Shown here: positions 49,128 to 62,769 of the stretch, piece by piece
Position numbering within the stretch: position 1 is the stretch's first letter
Layout: each line of letters opens with the position of its first letter
Assembly: GCF_004010195.1 (NCBI RefSeq)
Contig: NC_057719.1
Span: 82,329,953-82,393,952, forward strand
DNA length: 64,000 nt
From: Chiloscyllium plagiosum
Lineage: Eukaryota
Reading direction: 5' to 3'
The notes under the pieces: generated by a model
The model's input: only the letters and a program-made list of their open reading frames with translations
Told to the model about the DNA's origin: nothing
Databases searched by the model: none
Translations under genes and position numbers: made by a program

Positions 49128-50609
49128 AGAGCGGTGGATGGGTTAAAAAATGGATAGCATTTATTGAAGCTGTGGGTGGGAAGTCAACTGGCAAAGCATT
49201 GGAATAGCCAAGTATACAGGTAACAAAGAACTGGGTGAGAGCCTAATGCACTTTCCACTCAGTAGTAAGAATATGCAAGTGTGTAGATATTTATGTGGAT
49301 ACACCACATTTTACCATGTTATGTTATCTTGTGGCAGGATCCATGTCTGTTAGGAATGTGAGCTGCAGTGGCTGCCAGACAATCAACAAGCTCAGATATT
49401 GACATCCTTTCGTGGTTTTGACTCGCTGGTTCCCTGCATTTGTACCTGACTTGGGGAAATGTGTCCAGAGCCATCTATTGAACTTTGCTGATGGTATCAA
49501 CTAAGTTGGCACAGGCAGGATCAGAAAGCTGGGAATGGTCATGGATAAACCAAATGGCAAAATCTGTGACAGAAGGTTTCCGGTGACGGAAAGCAATGGG
49601 TTTCTTCCATTTTGTTCCTTTGAAAGAGCAATTGGAACATTTTCTAGGAAAATTTAAGAGTTCAAGTACAACAATTAGGGTACAAAAGAAAAATAAAGGC
49701 TAATGGATTTTTTGCTATTTATCACAAGAGGATTTTATTACAAAGGGATAGAAGTTATAGTACAACTGACAGCGCTCTGGATGGGTCCCATTGGGAGTAC
49801 AGCAACTCAGGAAGGATATATTGGTCTTCGAGAGGGTGCTGTACAGTTTCAATATACTAATAGCAGGGGTGACAAGTGTTAGATTATGAGAACAAATCTC
49901 ACTCATTCTACTTGTATTTCCCTGAATACAGTAAAGTGCTGCATTTCAGGTCCTTGGTATTTGCAAATTTGCTTCTCTGAGCAATGCATTCCTTACCCAT
50001 TTCACCCATTGCAGGTTCAAAATTCATTTACCTGCTATTCCCAGCAGCAATAAAAAACATGCTGGAGATGTAGAAAAAAATTAAAGGTCACCTAAATAAA
50101 ACTAAGCTATAATATTGACACGGAACCATTTCGAGGCCTGGACAGTGTACACTGTGCATGCATCAGCTGTCCTATTGTGCATGGCCCACATTAGTGAAAT
50201 GGTTTATAATGCAGTGAGCCGTCTTTGACAAATTTTATACACTTCTTATTTTGTTACACTGTTTCTCCAGAAAAAGCATCTTCATATTTGTTAAAAACAT
50301 TACTTTATCTTCTGCTGTGTACTGTACATATTAACCTTTTGGATGGTTTGAACTGACATTTTTGGTTCCCACTCTAAAACATGAATGCTGCTTGTAAAGT
50401 TTTTGCAGGAACTTAACTGTTATTAACGGCAGGGTTTTACTGTGAGAAGATTAAGTCTTACTGAGTTATTTCTGATTAATAGGATTTGATTTTATAATAA
50501 GGGAGGAACTATCTTCTCTAGTGGGAGACTTCAGAGTAGGAGGACGTAACCCCAAATTTAGACCGAAAGCTGCTCAGAGATAATGCCAGTGAGCACTTGC
50601 TCACGTTAA

Positions 50610-51670
50610 GAGTCATAGTGTTGGAGAGTCATACAGCGCAGAATCAGACCCTTCGGTCCAACCAGTCCATGCTGAACATAATCACAAACTAAACGCATCA
50701 CACTTGTCTGCTCCTGGCAAACACCCCTTCAAATTTTTCCTATTCTTATACTGATCCAAAAGCCTTTTAAATGTTGTAATTGTACTCATATCTACCACTT
50801 CCTCTGGACGTTCATTTCACACACGATCCACCCTCTGTGTAATTTTTTAATCTCTCTCCTCTCACCTTAGAAATGTACTCTCTGGTCTTGAAATTCTCCA
50901 TCCTACCGAAAAGGCAACTACCATAACTCTATGTACATCCCTCATTATTTTATAATCTTCTATAAGGTTGCTTGTGCTTAGTGAAGAACGTCCCAGCCTA
51001 TCCAGCTTTACTCTATAACTAGAACCTTCCATTCCCAGCAACATCCTGTTAAATCTTTTCTGAATCCTCTCCAGTTTAATAATATTCTTCCTATAACAGG
51101 GCAACCAGAATTAGACACAGTACTCATGAAGAGGCTTCACCAATGTCCTGTACAACCTCCATATGATTTCCCAACTCCAATACTCAAATGACTGAGCAAT
51201 GAAGGCAAGCATGCTTAATGCCTTTTTAACCATCTTGTCTATATGTGATTCAAACTTCAAAGAATTATGTATCTGAACCCTTGAGTCCCTCTGTGGTACC
51301 ATGCTACCCAAGGCCCTACCATCAATTGTATAGACCCTACCCTTGTTTGTTGTGCCAAAATAGAATACCTCGCATTTATACAAACTCCATCTGCTATTTT
51401 TCAGCCCATTTGATAAAAGTCCCTTTGTAATCTTAGAAAACCTTCTTCACTGACTACTATGCTACCAATTTTAGTGTTTTCTGCAAACCTACTAACCATG
51501 TCTTTTGTATGTTCATCCTCATCATTAATGTAAAGACGAACAAGACAGGACCAAGAACTTATCCCTGTGGAACACCGCTGGTTACTATGTAAGTAATCTG
51601 TAAGTAAACTTATCCCTGTGGAACACCGCTGGTGACAGGCCTCCAATCTGAAAAGCAACCCTTCACCAGA
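50610..51670 (-). mobile_element. CR1/HER1 LINE fragment, followed by HE1 SINEs (51670-51985 +, 52040-52165 -)
   Basis: ORFs 50862-51383 KCEVFYFG..LYRTLVKP; SINE A boxes. Confidence 0.85.
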
Positions 51671-52949
51671 GCAGCACAGTGGCTCAGTGGTTAGCACTGC
51701 TGCCTTACACAGCCAGGGACCTGCCTCAGGCGACTGCCTGTATGGAGTTTGCACATTCTCCCTGTGTCTGCCTGGGTTTCCTCTGGGTGGTGCTTTCCTC
51801 TCACAGTCAAAAGATGTGCAGACTAGGACGATTGGCCATGTTAAGTGTCCAGGGATATACAGGTTAGATGGGTCTGCCATGGGAGCTGCAGAGTTGCAGG
51901 GATAGGGTTTGGGCGAATGCTCTTTAGAGGGTTGGTGTGGCCTTGTTGGGCTGAATGGCCTATTTCCATGCTGTAGAGATTCTATGAAACCACCATTCTC
52001 TGTCTCCTGCCATTAAACTAATCAGGTAGCCAATTGGCAATCTTTGGACTTTGTGAGGAAACCGAAGCTCTCAGCAGAAACCCACACAGAGTCATCCAAA
52101 GCTGGAATCAAATCTGGGTCCCTGACATTGTGAGGCAGCAATGCTAACCACTGAACCATCATGTCGCATGTACACATTGAATCAATGTTTGCGTTTCTGT
52201 GTATCTGCAAGACAGGTATGTTGTTCATTTGGTCAAAAGGGCACCCATGCATTAAAGTTCTTTCGAATACTGCATTTATGTTCATGTGCACAACTGTGTG
52301 AGTGAGAATTCCCTGCCCCTGAAAGCTGGGTTGATTGAAAATGTCAATAGTGAGATGGATAGATTTTGTTCAGAATGAACATCAAAGGTTAAGGAACTAT
52401 AGTGGACCATTAGAGTTGAAATACAGACCAGTTAGGAACAGGCTCAAGGGTTTGATTATTCTCCTGATTTGGCTAATCAAGCTGGAAGATGTTTATTTGG
52501 TTACCCTGACTGCTACTGCCACAGACACTGCACTCCTGAATGTTTATATCACACTGAAGATTTGGAGCAGATTATGTTGCAAAAGTATATAACAGAAGAC
52601 ACAACTACTTGAGATGACTATAACCATTCCTCTCACGTGGTGATGATATAATGTCCTTGGCAGAGGCCCAGAGAGAGCCATAAAATTAATTCCTAGCTTA
52701 GAGGATCTCTGCCGTTCAGATCAACTTAAGTATATTTACTTTACACCAGCCTGGAATTAGAAATAGTTAGGTAAGATCTATGAGAAAATGACACATAAGG
52801 TTGGAAAGAGTCCCTTGTAGGCGATTAGTCCCGATTAACAAAGAGAGGGAAAATAGATCTGCAGTTTGGTGATGGTGGGGGGGTGCAAGTTAGGAGGTGA
52901 GGAGGAATGTTGGGTGTGGGATAGATGGGGATAATTAAACAATAGATAA

Positions 52950-53168
52950 GTGGACAGAAATGCAGGAAGTACTGGAGAAACTCAGCAGGTCTGACGACTT
53001 CTGTTAAACGAGAAACAGAGTTAATATTTCAAGGCTGATATGGCTCATACTGGATTCAAAATATTGACTCCAGTTTTCTCTCTGCACAGATGACACCAGA
53101 TCTGCTGAGTTTCTCTAGCACTTCCTGTTTTGTTTCAGATTTCCAGTATCTGCAGCGTTTTGCTTTTG
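52950..53168. mobile_element. Degenerate Penelope fold-back
   Basis: caggaagtactggagaaactcagcaggtctg inverted against cagatctgctgagtttctctagcacttcctg. Confidence 0.65.
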
Positions 53169-53604
53169 TATGAAGAGTAGACATGGACTGGACTTCTGTA
53201 CAGTTCCTCTTCTCCCAGAGATTATGGACCTCTGGAGAGTAGGCATTAGCTGTATTCCACTCGGGGCTTGAAATCTCCTGGACTCATTTTAATCACCTGA
53301 AAGGATCAGAGAGGAATGTTCAAGAGAATTGCTTCCTTTATTTTTCCTCAACAGTTTCCCTTTTTTTTTACTTCTTCCAAAATGTAAACATTGTTAAAAC
53401 ATTGTGATATGAAGTTGCATCTATTCATTCTGTGCTCATCAGGGCTGACATAAAGAAAATGTAGGGACCTAGCCATCTAGTCAATGTGTAGGCATGATGC
53501 TATATAATGACCTTCAAAACTATCCTGCAGGATAATGGCTACCCTGATCAAATGAACACTCACTGTACATCACTGTACATCATGGCAGGGCCTATGACTG
53601 TCAC

Positions 53605-53829
53605 TGTAGTGATTATATCAAGGTCAGCTGGGTGAATATGAGTTCCCTGATTCAGGCTGTTAATCTGGTTCAATCAAGGACCCCGGCTGACAGATATAAA
53701 CAGGAGTGTCAGAGGTTCTGCTCACTCTGAGAGCTGGCTCTGAGGGAGCTGGATCAGTGTCAAGGACTCTCCATGTCTAAACACAGGGTGACTTGGTGAT
53801 GGGATATCATTCTTTGTGGAATTATTTCA
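53605..53829 (+). mobile_element. Solo LTR (Gypsy-type)
   Basis: TG..CA ends (tgtagt..tttca), internal CAAT and GATATAAA, near-matching 5-bp TSD gtcac/gccac. Confidence 0.6.
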
Positions 53830-53988
53830 GCCACCTTGGGCCCGGAGTAGTGTCTGGTCTACCTCAGATTGCCCGAGCTACGGGAAGGTGTCTCAAACAC
53901 TTGAGCAACAGGTGAATCTAGCCATCTCACACTGTTACTTAGGGGTAAACACAAGTATAGCTTTTAGTCCACTGACTGGATACTGCCG

Positions 53989-54075
53989 AAACAAGATTAG
54001 AGTGGTGCTGGAAAAGCACAGCAGGTCAGGCAGCATCCAAGGAGCAGGAAAATCGACATTTCAGCCAGGAGCCCG
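53989..54075 (-). mobile_element. Penelope terminus insert with 16-bp TSD
   Basis: tgactggatactgccg at 53973-53988 and 54076-54091. Confidence 0.8.
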
Positions 54076-54414
54076 TGACTGGATACTGCCGTCAAGCCAA
54101 GAAGACATTCTGACTACCATTGTGTTTGTGTGTTTCAGTACTGGTCGGATGCCAACCTTATCAAACAACAAATCCTTTTGATCCAGTAGGCAGTTTGCTG
54201 ATGATGCTTAATCAAATCTCAGAGCACGGTATCTGACATTCGATTCAACTACTGGACGACATTTGTTAATAATCCTGACCGCGTTAAGGATTACACCAGA
54301 AGTCTTTTTTTTATTCCTACCTGGCACAAAAGAAATTGAGATTTAAATTCAATAATATTTTAGATAAAGGAGTTATAACAGGGGTAATATGAGTGCAAGT
54401 AAGTACTTTTTTTT

Positions 54415-54724
54415 TAGATTAGATTAGGTTACTTACAGTGTGGAAACAGGCCCTTCGGCCCAACAAATCCACACCGACCCGCCGAAGCGCAGCCCACTCA
54501 TACCCCTACATTTACCTGACACTACGGGTAATTTAGCATGGCCAATTCACCTGACCCTGCACATCTTTGGACTGTGGGAGGAAACCGCAGCACCCGGAGG
54601 AAACCCATGCAGACACGGGGAGAATGTGCAAACTCCACACAGTCAGTCGCCTGAGTCGGGAATTGAACCCGGGTCTCTGGCGCTGTGAGGCAGCAGTGCT
54701 AACCACTGTGCCACCGTGCGGCCC
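54415..54724 (-). mobile_element. HE1 SINE, young full-length copy
   Basis: Reverse complement of 35941-36259 with CpGs retained. Confidence 0.92.
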
Positions 54725-55700
54725 TGTAAGATAATTTTTTGCAGGCAGGAACTTTGCTTACGGTAAGGCCTATGTTAGCCTTGGCAACAGACCGGAGAGT
54801 ATGGACATAATTCTGTGGATAGAAGAAGGGAAAGGTCCAGAATGGGAAGATTTCTGAGGGCATCTCTGGCTAGGCCAGCATTTATTGCCCATCCCTAATT
54901 GCCCAGGGGACAGTTAAGAGTCAACTATAGTGCTGTGGGTTAACAGTCACATGTAGGTCAGAGCAGGTAAGGGTGGCACTTCCCTTCCCTAAGGAATATT
55001 AGTGAACCAGAGGGGTTTTTCTGATAATGGATTCATGGCTATCATCAGATTCTTAATTCCAGATGTTTATTGAATTCAAATTCCACTGCATAGGATTGAA
55101 TCCAAACTCTCAGAACATTACCTGCGTGTCTGGATTAACAGTCCAGCGATAATACCACTGAGTCCTTGCCTCTCTCTAATCTAAGCTAACCTAAAATTAT
55201 AAATTGAACTTGTAGTGTGATTCATTTGTGCATGTAGAAGCTATATTAATTCATCCTAAGGACCAGTTCTTTACAGACAATAAGAACATGGTCACACTTT
55301 GTACCTTTTTCAGTCAGTAAGGGACTATGGAGATAGTCAATCCCTGCTATGTCCTCAAGGTAATGCCTTCACCCTACTGTACCTTAATCAGTTAACTAAG
55401 ATAGTTAACAGTTTCTGCTGTGCCTCCAACCCAAACAGCAATCAACAAATCAGCAACCTTTTCTCATATCACATGAATTGATCCTTCCTCTTTTTTAAGT
55501 TTATTTTTTTATCTGCTTGTGGTTGATTCCTGATGAGTACAAGATGAAAAGTCTCCACTTCCTGTCTTCTTTTAGCAATGTGTAGGATTACAGGGCTAAA
55601 GGGTTGGAAAGAAGAAAATGGTTAGATTGTTAGAGTCACCTTGGCACAAAAGGGAGCCATTTGGCCCATCAGATCAATACCAGCTATCTATAGACAATCA

Positions 55701-55863
55701 CGATTAGAATGGTGCTGGAAAAGCATAGCAGGTCAGGCAGCATCCGAGGAGCAAGAAAATCGATGTTTCGGGCAAAAGTCCTTCATCAGGATTCCTGCTA
55801 TGCTTTTCCAGCACCACTCTAATCTAGACTCTGACTTCCAGCATCTGAAGTCCTCACTTTTAC
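55701..55863. mobile_element. Penelope fold-back insert with hammerhead core (minus, 55762-55789)
   Basis: Flanked by ctatagacaatca / ctatggacaatca; CTGATGAaGGAC-tttt-GCCCGAAACATC. Confidence 0.75.
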
Positions 55864-55907
55864 CTATGGACAATCAGTTCTAACCTCTCTCCACCTGCTG
55901 TATTCCA

Positions 55908-57535
55908 GTAGAGTCACAGCGTCAGAGAGATGTACAACAAGAAAGCAGACCCTTTAGTCAAACTTGTCCATGCCGATCAGATATCCTAAACTAATCTAAT
56001 CCCATTTGCCAGCACTTGGCCAATATCCCTCTAAACCCTTCATATCCATATACCCATCCCAGTGCTTTTTAAAAATCGTAATTGTACCAGCCACCACCGC
56101 CTCTTCTGGCAGCTCATTCCATTCATGCACCACCTTCTGTGTGAAAAAATTGCCCTTATGTCCCTTTTATATTTTTCCCCTCTCACCCTAAACCTATGTC
56201 CTCTAGTTCTGGACTCCCCCACCGCAGGGAAAAGACTTTGTCTATTTACCCTATCCCATGCCCCTCATGATTTTATAAATCTCTCTAAGGTCACCCCTCA
56301 GCCTCTGACACTCCAGGGAAAACAGCCCCAGCCTGTTCAGCCTCGCCCTATAGCTCAAATCCTCCAAGCCTGGCAACATCCTTGTAAATCTTTTCTGAAC
56401 CCTTTCAAAGTTCACAACATCCTTCCTATAGGAAGGAGACCAGAATTGCAAAAGTATTTCAAGAGTGGCCTAACCAATGTCCTGTACAGCCTCAACATGA
56501 CCTCACAACTCCTGTACTCAATACTCTGACAAATAAAAGAAAACATACCAAACACCTTCTTCACTATGCTATCTGCCTGAGACTCCGCTTTCAAGGAACT
56601 ATGAACCTGCACTCCAAGACCTCTTTGTTCAGCAACACTCTCCAGGACCCTACCATTAAGTGTATAAGACCTGCTCTGATTTGTCTTTCCAAAATGCAGC
56701 ACCTCACATTTATCTAAATTAAACTCCATCTGCCACTCCTTGGCCCCTTGGCCAATCTGATCAAGAATTGAGAGTGTGTTGCTGGAAAAGCACAGCAGGT
56801 CAGTCAGCATCTGAGGAGCAGGAAAATCGACATTTCAGACTGGGGCCCTTCAACAGGAATCAAGATTCCATTGTACTCTGAGGTAATCTTCTTCGCTGTC
56901 CACTACACCTCCAATTTTGGTGTCATCTGGAAATGTACTAACTATACCGCCTATGTTTACATCCGGATGATTTATGTAAATGACGAAAAGCATTGGCCCC
57001 AGCACTGATTCCTTGTGGCACACCACTGGTCACAGGCCTGTGCTCAGTCTGATAAGCAACCCTATACCATCATTCTCTGTCTTCTATCTTCGAGCCAATT
57101 GTGTAGCCAAATGGTTAGTTCTCCCTGTATTCCATGTGATCTAACCTTGCTAACTGGTCTACCATGCGAAATCTTGATGAATGCCTTACTGAAGTCCATA
57201 TAGATCACATCCACCGCTCTACACTCATCCTCTTCATTACTTCTTCAAAAAACTCAGTCAAGCTAGTGTGACATGTTTTCCCATGCACAAAGCCATGTTA
57301 ACTATTCCTAAACAGTCCTTGCCTTTCCAAATACTTTAGGTCCTGTCCATCAAGATTCCCTCCAACAACTTACCCATCACCGATGTCAGGCTCACTGGTC
57401 TATAGTTCTCTGGCTTTTCCTTACCACCTTTTTTTTTATAATAGTGGCACTACGTTAGCCAACCTCCAATCTTCCAACACCTCACCTATGATTATCGATG
57501 ATACAAATATCGCAGCAAGGGGCCCAGCAATCATT
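55908..57535 (-). mobile_element. CR1/HER1 LINE RT and 3' end, with a Penelope insert at 56767-56858
   Basis: WQMEFNLDKCEVLHFG, QFWSPSYRKD; insert flanked by atcaaga. Confidence 0.9.
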
Positions 57536-58310
57536 TAGGAGAAAGTGAGGATTGCAGATGCTGGAGACCAGAGTTGAAAAGTGTGGTGCTGGAAAAGCGC
57601 AGCAGGCCAGGCAGCATCCGAGGAGCAGGAGAATCGACGTTTCGGGCATAAGCCCTTCTTCAGGAATGAGGCTGGTGTGCCAAGCGAGCTGAGATAAAAG
57701 GTAGGGGGNNNNNNNNNNNNNNNNNNNNNNNNNNNNNNNNNNNNNNNNNNNNNNNNNNNNNNNNNNNNNNNNNNNNNNNNNNNNNNNNNNNNNNNNNNNN
57801 NNNNNNNNNNNNNNNNNNNNNNNNNNNNNNNNNNNNNNNNNNNNNNNNNNNNNNNNNNNNNNNNNNNNNNNNNNNNNNNNNNNNNNNNNNNNNNNNNNNN
57901 NNNNNNNNNNNNNNNNNNNNNNNNNNNNNNNNNNNNNNNNNNNNNNNNNNNNNNNNNNNNNNNNNNNNNNGAGGGAAATATATCCCTGGTGGTGGGGTCT
58001 GTCTGGAGGTGGCGGAATGACGGAGGATGATGCCATGTATCCGGAGGTTGGTGGGGTGGAAGGTGAGGACCAGTGGGGTTCTGTCCTGGTGGCGATTGGA
58101 GGGGCGGGGTTCAAGGGCGGAGGAGCAGGAAGTGGAGGAGATGCGGTGGAGAGCATCGTCAACCACGTCTGAGGGGAAATTGCAGTCTTTGAAGAAGGAG
58201 GCCATGTGGGTTGTTCAGTATTGGAATTGGTTCTCCTGGGAGCAGATGCAGCGGAGGCGAAGGAATTGGGAATATGGGATGGCGTTTTTACAGGGAGCAG
58301 GGTGGGAGGA
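57536..58310 (-). mobile_element. Penelope-like element 3' part (RT thumb/linker plus terminus)
   Basis: Minus strand IPYSQFLRLRCICSQE and ORF MASFFKDCNFP..PLVLTFHP; terminus contains an intact hammerhead. Confidence 0.9.
57636..57663 (-). ncRNA. Minimal type I hammerhead ribozyme motif
   Basis: Identical core to 45219-45246, physically attached to PLE coding sequence. Confidence 0.75.
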
Positions 58311-58394
58311 CAACCAGTCAGACCAACACAATTTGGACCCAACCAGGACAACCAGTACAGATTACACCTCCTCCCACCCTGTCCCCTGTAAAAA

Positions 58395-59540
58395 CGCATC
58401 TGTGTCACACAACACAATGGAGTGTATTGTCAATGTGAAGGTGGGATTCTGTCTCCACAAGAACTGTGCATTGGTCCCTCTTACCGATACTGTCATGGAC
58501 AGATTCATGTGGAGCCAGCAGTTTGATAAGGATGAGGTTATGTATGTTGCTCTCTCTTGTTGATAGGGCCATGTTTGCCACTGTCATTTTTGGTGCTTTG
58601 GTCAATGGCAGGTGCCCTGTCTGGTTTGATACTTTTCTTGAGATTGTTCAGTGGTTAGATATAGTGAGCATCTAGCTGGGCTATTTCAGAGCGCAGTCAA
58701 GAGTTACATGGAGGACAGACCAGGTAAGGACAGCAGACATCCTTCCTCCTTTTGTGAACCAGATGTGTTTTTACAACAATTGACAATGGTCGTGGTCATC
58801 ATGACACTTTTAATTTAATATGTTTTTTAAAAATTCAAACTCCACAATCTCACAGTTTTTAAATGGCTAGTCCAGTTCAACTTCGGGTTAATGGTAGTCC
58901 TCAGGATATTGAAAGTCAGTGATGCCATTGAACGATAAGGGAGACTGGTTAGAATTATAGAATGCTAGAATCCGTACAATATGGCAAGAGGCTATTCCAC
59001 CCATTGAAACTACACGTCTCTCCAAAGAGCATGGCTCCCAGACCCAGTCTTCCACCCTATTTACAAAACTTGCATTTACCACAGGTAATCCACCTACCCT
59101 AAACATTCCTGGACACTACAGGGCAATTCAGCATGGCCAATCCATCTAACCATATCTGATCCATTGATTGCAGGATCACTTACCTCTGTCTATACTTTCT
59201 GCTTATGCTTTTTGGCATGTAAGTAGTCCTCTTTAGTAGCTTCACCAGATTGACGCCTCATTTTTAGCTATGCCTAATGCTGTTCCTTGCACGCTATCCT
59301 GTACTCTCCATTGAACCAGGGTTGATCCCCTGGCTTCATGGTAATGGTAGAGTGGAGAACATACTGAGCTGTGAAGTTGCAGATCGTGCTGGTAATCCAT
59401 CTAGCCTGCATGGCTCTGGACACGGTGGGCAATTTAGCATGGCCAACCCACCTAAAGTGCACATCGTTTGACTGTGGAAGGAAACAGAGCAACCAGAGGA
59501 AACGTACGCAGACATCAGAAGAACTTGCAAAAACCACTTC
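58395..59540 (-). mobile_element. L2/Crack-like LINE fragments interleaved with SINEs
   Basis: TVLVETESHLHIDNTLHCVV and GDQPWFNGEY match the family at 45960-47700; HE1 pieces at 58960-59150 and 59390-59540. Confidence 0.7.
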
Positions 59541-60914
59541 AGACTAATCTTAGGTTTTATTAGCTCTTGTTGGAGAAGATCACTTGTGTGATGCCAATGT
59601 TACTTATCGCGTTGTTGGGTAATCAGGAGGTGACAATGACATATCCTTTTCTCCCAGTGGACAATCAACATGTCCGGGGTCACGGGAAAGAATAGCCACT
59701 AGGATGAGGCCATGGAAAACCCCGACCACCCCCAACCCCACCCCCACTGGCAGTGGCATTGTTGGGGGTTAGTGGGGAGGCTGGTCCTGGAAGGTGGTGT
59801 ATCCAGAGTGAGAGTTGGCAGGAAACAAATAGCTGATTGGTTTGTGAAATTGTGACCAGTCAAAGATGCCAAAGGTCATCAGCTCAATGACAACCTGATG
59901 GTTTCTAGTGGCTATAATTGATACAGTCTCCAGTCTACTGGTTGGTAAGGTGTTGTGTCTCTCGCTCTCTCTGTTTGTGCAGTAAAAATATTTGAAGCCT
60001 GAAGAAAGCCAGTTTTTTTTTCTCCCACTAGATGTTGGAATCTGTAGCCTTTAACCAGTAATCAAGAGACTTTGTAGTTGGTGTACCAGTAGCCCTGTGT
60101 CTCCTCCAAATAATTGAATAGGACCTGGAGACAAGAGATGCTTTTTGCTTTATTCATGCACAGATGTGGGTGTCTCTGGCTAGACATTTATTACCCAGCT
60201 CTAACTACCCAGGGGCAGTTAAGAGTGAACCACATTACTGCGGGTCTGGAGTCACATGTAGGCCAGACCAGGTAAGGATGGCAGTTTCCTTCCCTAAAGG
60301 GCATTAGTGAACCTGATAGGTTTTTCCAACAATTGACAATGACTTCGTGTTCATCATTAGACCCTTAATTCCAGATTGTTTTTTTTAAATTGAATTCAAA
60401 TTCCACCATTTGCCATGGGAGATTTGAACCTGGGTCCTCAGAACATTAGCTGAGCTTCTGGATTAATAATCTAGCAATAATACCACCACTGAGCGAGTGA
60501 AGAACAGAAAATCATGAGGAATAGAAGAATCATCTCAGTGAACCATATGAACTAATACTATTCAACTGTTTCTCAGTTTTGCTTGCCCCAACCCATAAAA
60601 CCACGTTTTGCTTTTGTCTGTGTCTGTATGTGTGGAGGTTTTTAAAAGGGAGTGGGGTTTGAGAGTTTTAATTAGAGCCATACGTTGATAAATCATTGTG
60701 ATTAGAATTTACCTATTTGTAATATTGGAACTGTTAAGTACAGGAACTTGGTCAGGGCTTTCTGTTAATGTGACTCCAAACAGGTAAATCAGGGAGTTTG
60801 GATGCTTTCATTAAATCATGATGAATCAAAACTATTTTAAAAGATGAAAGACTAAACAGCAATCTAGGTTTGTTCAATACATCGTATCGGTTGCATGACT
60901 CTATGATGTCCTAG

Positions 60915-61036
60915 AAATTCTGTGTTTTATGATCCTGCCCCACTAGCTACCTGACAAAGGAGCAGTGCTCCGAAAGCTGGTACTTCCAAATAAAGCCATT
61001 GGACTATGACCCAGTGTTGTGTGATTTTTAACTTTG
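60915..61036 (+). mobile_element. Penelope terminus (GAAAGCT family) with mutated hammerhead core
   Basis: CTGACAAaGGAGC-agt-GCTCCGAAAGCT at 60951-60978; tail matches 29540-29596. Confidence 0.75.
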
Positions 61037-62769
61037 ATTAAATCATTAACTTTTGTGGTGATTCCAGGATTGGTGGGGTATGAGAATCAGTGTACTCTCC
61101 CAGGTGTAATAGGGTATATTATAATTTCTTGTAAATGCAGTTTGAATAAAGGCACTGAATGTGGCTCACACATTAGATTTGATCAGAGTTCTTCTCCAAA
61201 TGAAAACAAAAGATTTATGAAGAAGGCAGTCCACTGGATTTTGAATTTGTACTCCCCGCAGTGGTGTTAACAAGAAACCTATATAGATCATGGCACCACG
61301 AAAGAAGAAAGAGAGACCTGCATTTGCATATCACCTTTCATAACCTCATAGAAACATAGAGTATTACAGCATAGAAGACCATTCGACCCATCACGTCTGT
61401 ACCAGCTCGCTAAAGAGCTACTCAGCTACTCCCACACTCCAGCCTTAACTCAGTAGCCCTCTAACTTCAACACTTCCATTGCAGTAATTTTTCAAATCAA
61501 TGTGGTTTCTTTTCAGAGATTTTCTCACTGTTGTAATCTGGCAAATGTGGCGGGCAATTTACATACAGCAGGCTCCCACAAACAACACTGTTATAATCAC
61601 CAGTCACATTTCCTCGTCACATTTTAATCACTCCACTTTCGGTAACCATGGTTCAGCTCCATGGAAACCATAGAACTGTAGAAATGATACAGCACAGAAG
61701 GGGGCCATTTGGCCCATCGTGTCCATACCGACCCAAAAACATGCAGATGCACTGTCTAATTTCAACCTCCTGCACACGGCCACGCAGCCTTTAAGGTACA
61801 GATCCAGATACTTTTTAAAAGAGTTTAGGTTCTCTGCCTCTACCATCAACACAGGCAGCAAATGCCAGACACCCAACATCTTCCATGTAAAGAAGCTTTA
61901 AAAAAAGCTCCCTCTCATGCTTCTGCCACCTGTTTTGAATCTATGACCCCTGCTGTGGAAATCTCTGCCAAGGGAAACAGGTTCTTCCTGCTTACTCTAA
62001 GAGTCTCAGCTCTATAATTCCCTCTCTAAACCACTCTGACTTTCTACGTCTCTGTCCAACTCTAAAGTACTTCCCAAAACTTTGGCATTCAGTGACCTTA
62101 CTTTATGTTTCTTTATGTAGCTCAGTGTCAAGTATGTTTTGACACTCACTCCTATGAAGCTCTTTCAGACACTTTCCTGTATTAAAACTGTTTTATAAAT
62201 GTGAGTTGTTGTTCTGTTAAAACCCTATGTCTGACCTATGCTTGGAACTAAAGGTTAAGCGCTGCAACATTACACCTCTTGTCAACGTAGATTATTATTG
62301 GGCTGGTTTACATTGATGGCCCGGAGCTTTAGTTTTAAATTCATGATTACAAATATCCAGTGGAAATGATGAGCTGAATCACATTACAAGGCAATTAACA
62401 GATGTTCTGACAAACCCAGAAATACCGTGGGTGCCAACAATTAATGTGGAAGCGTAAATTCCTGCAAAGTACTTGTGTCACTCCCACAAAGAGACAAACA
62501 CAGCAAGTCTCTCCAGCTATCATATTTTAGAGATATTGCTATGAAGAATTAACTTGTAGAATTATGTTGTACTTTGTAGAACTAATTTACTTTGGAAATG
62601 TAATGTTACTTTATCTGAGTGGTAATGGGAATGGGGTGAAACACAGTTGCTACCTCTCCATGTTCAATGTTTAAGTTGATTAATGAAAATGTTTGGATAA
62701 GGAAACACTTCACTGTGCCATTTTCTGTTGTTGGCTCAGTTAGTAAAGGCATTGTAAAACCAAACCACA

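Noticed and set aside
61652..61669. RE1/NRSE-like site ttcagctccatggaaacc
   Set aside because: Mismatches at conserved positions in both half-sites, and it lies among repeat fragments.
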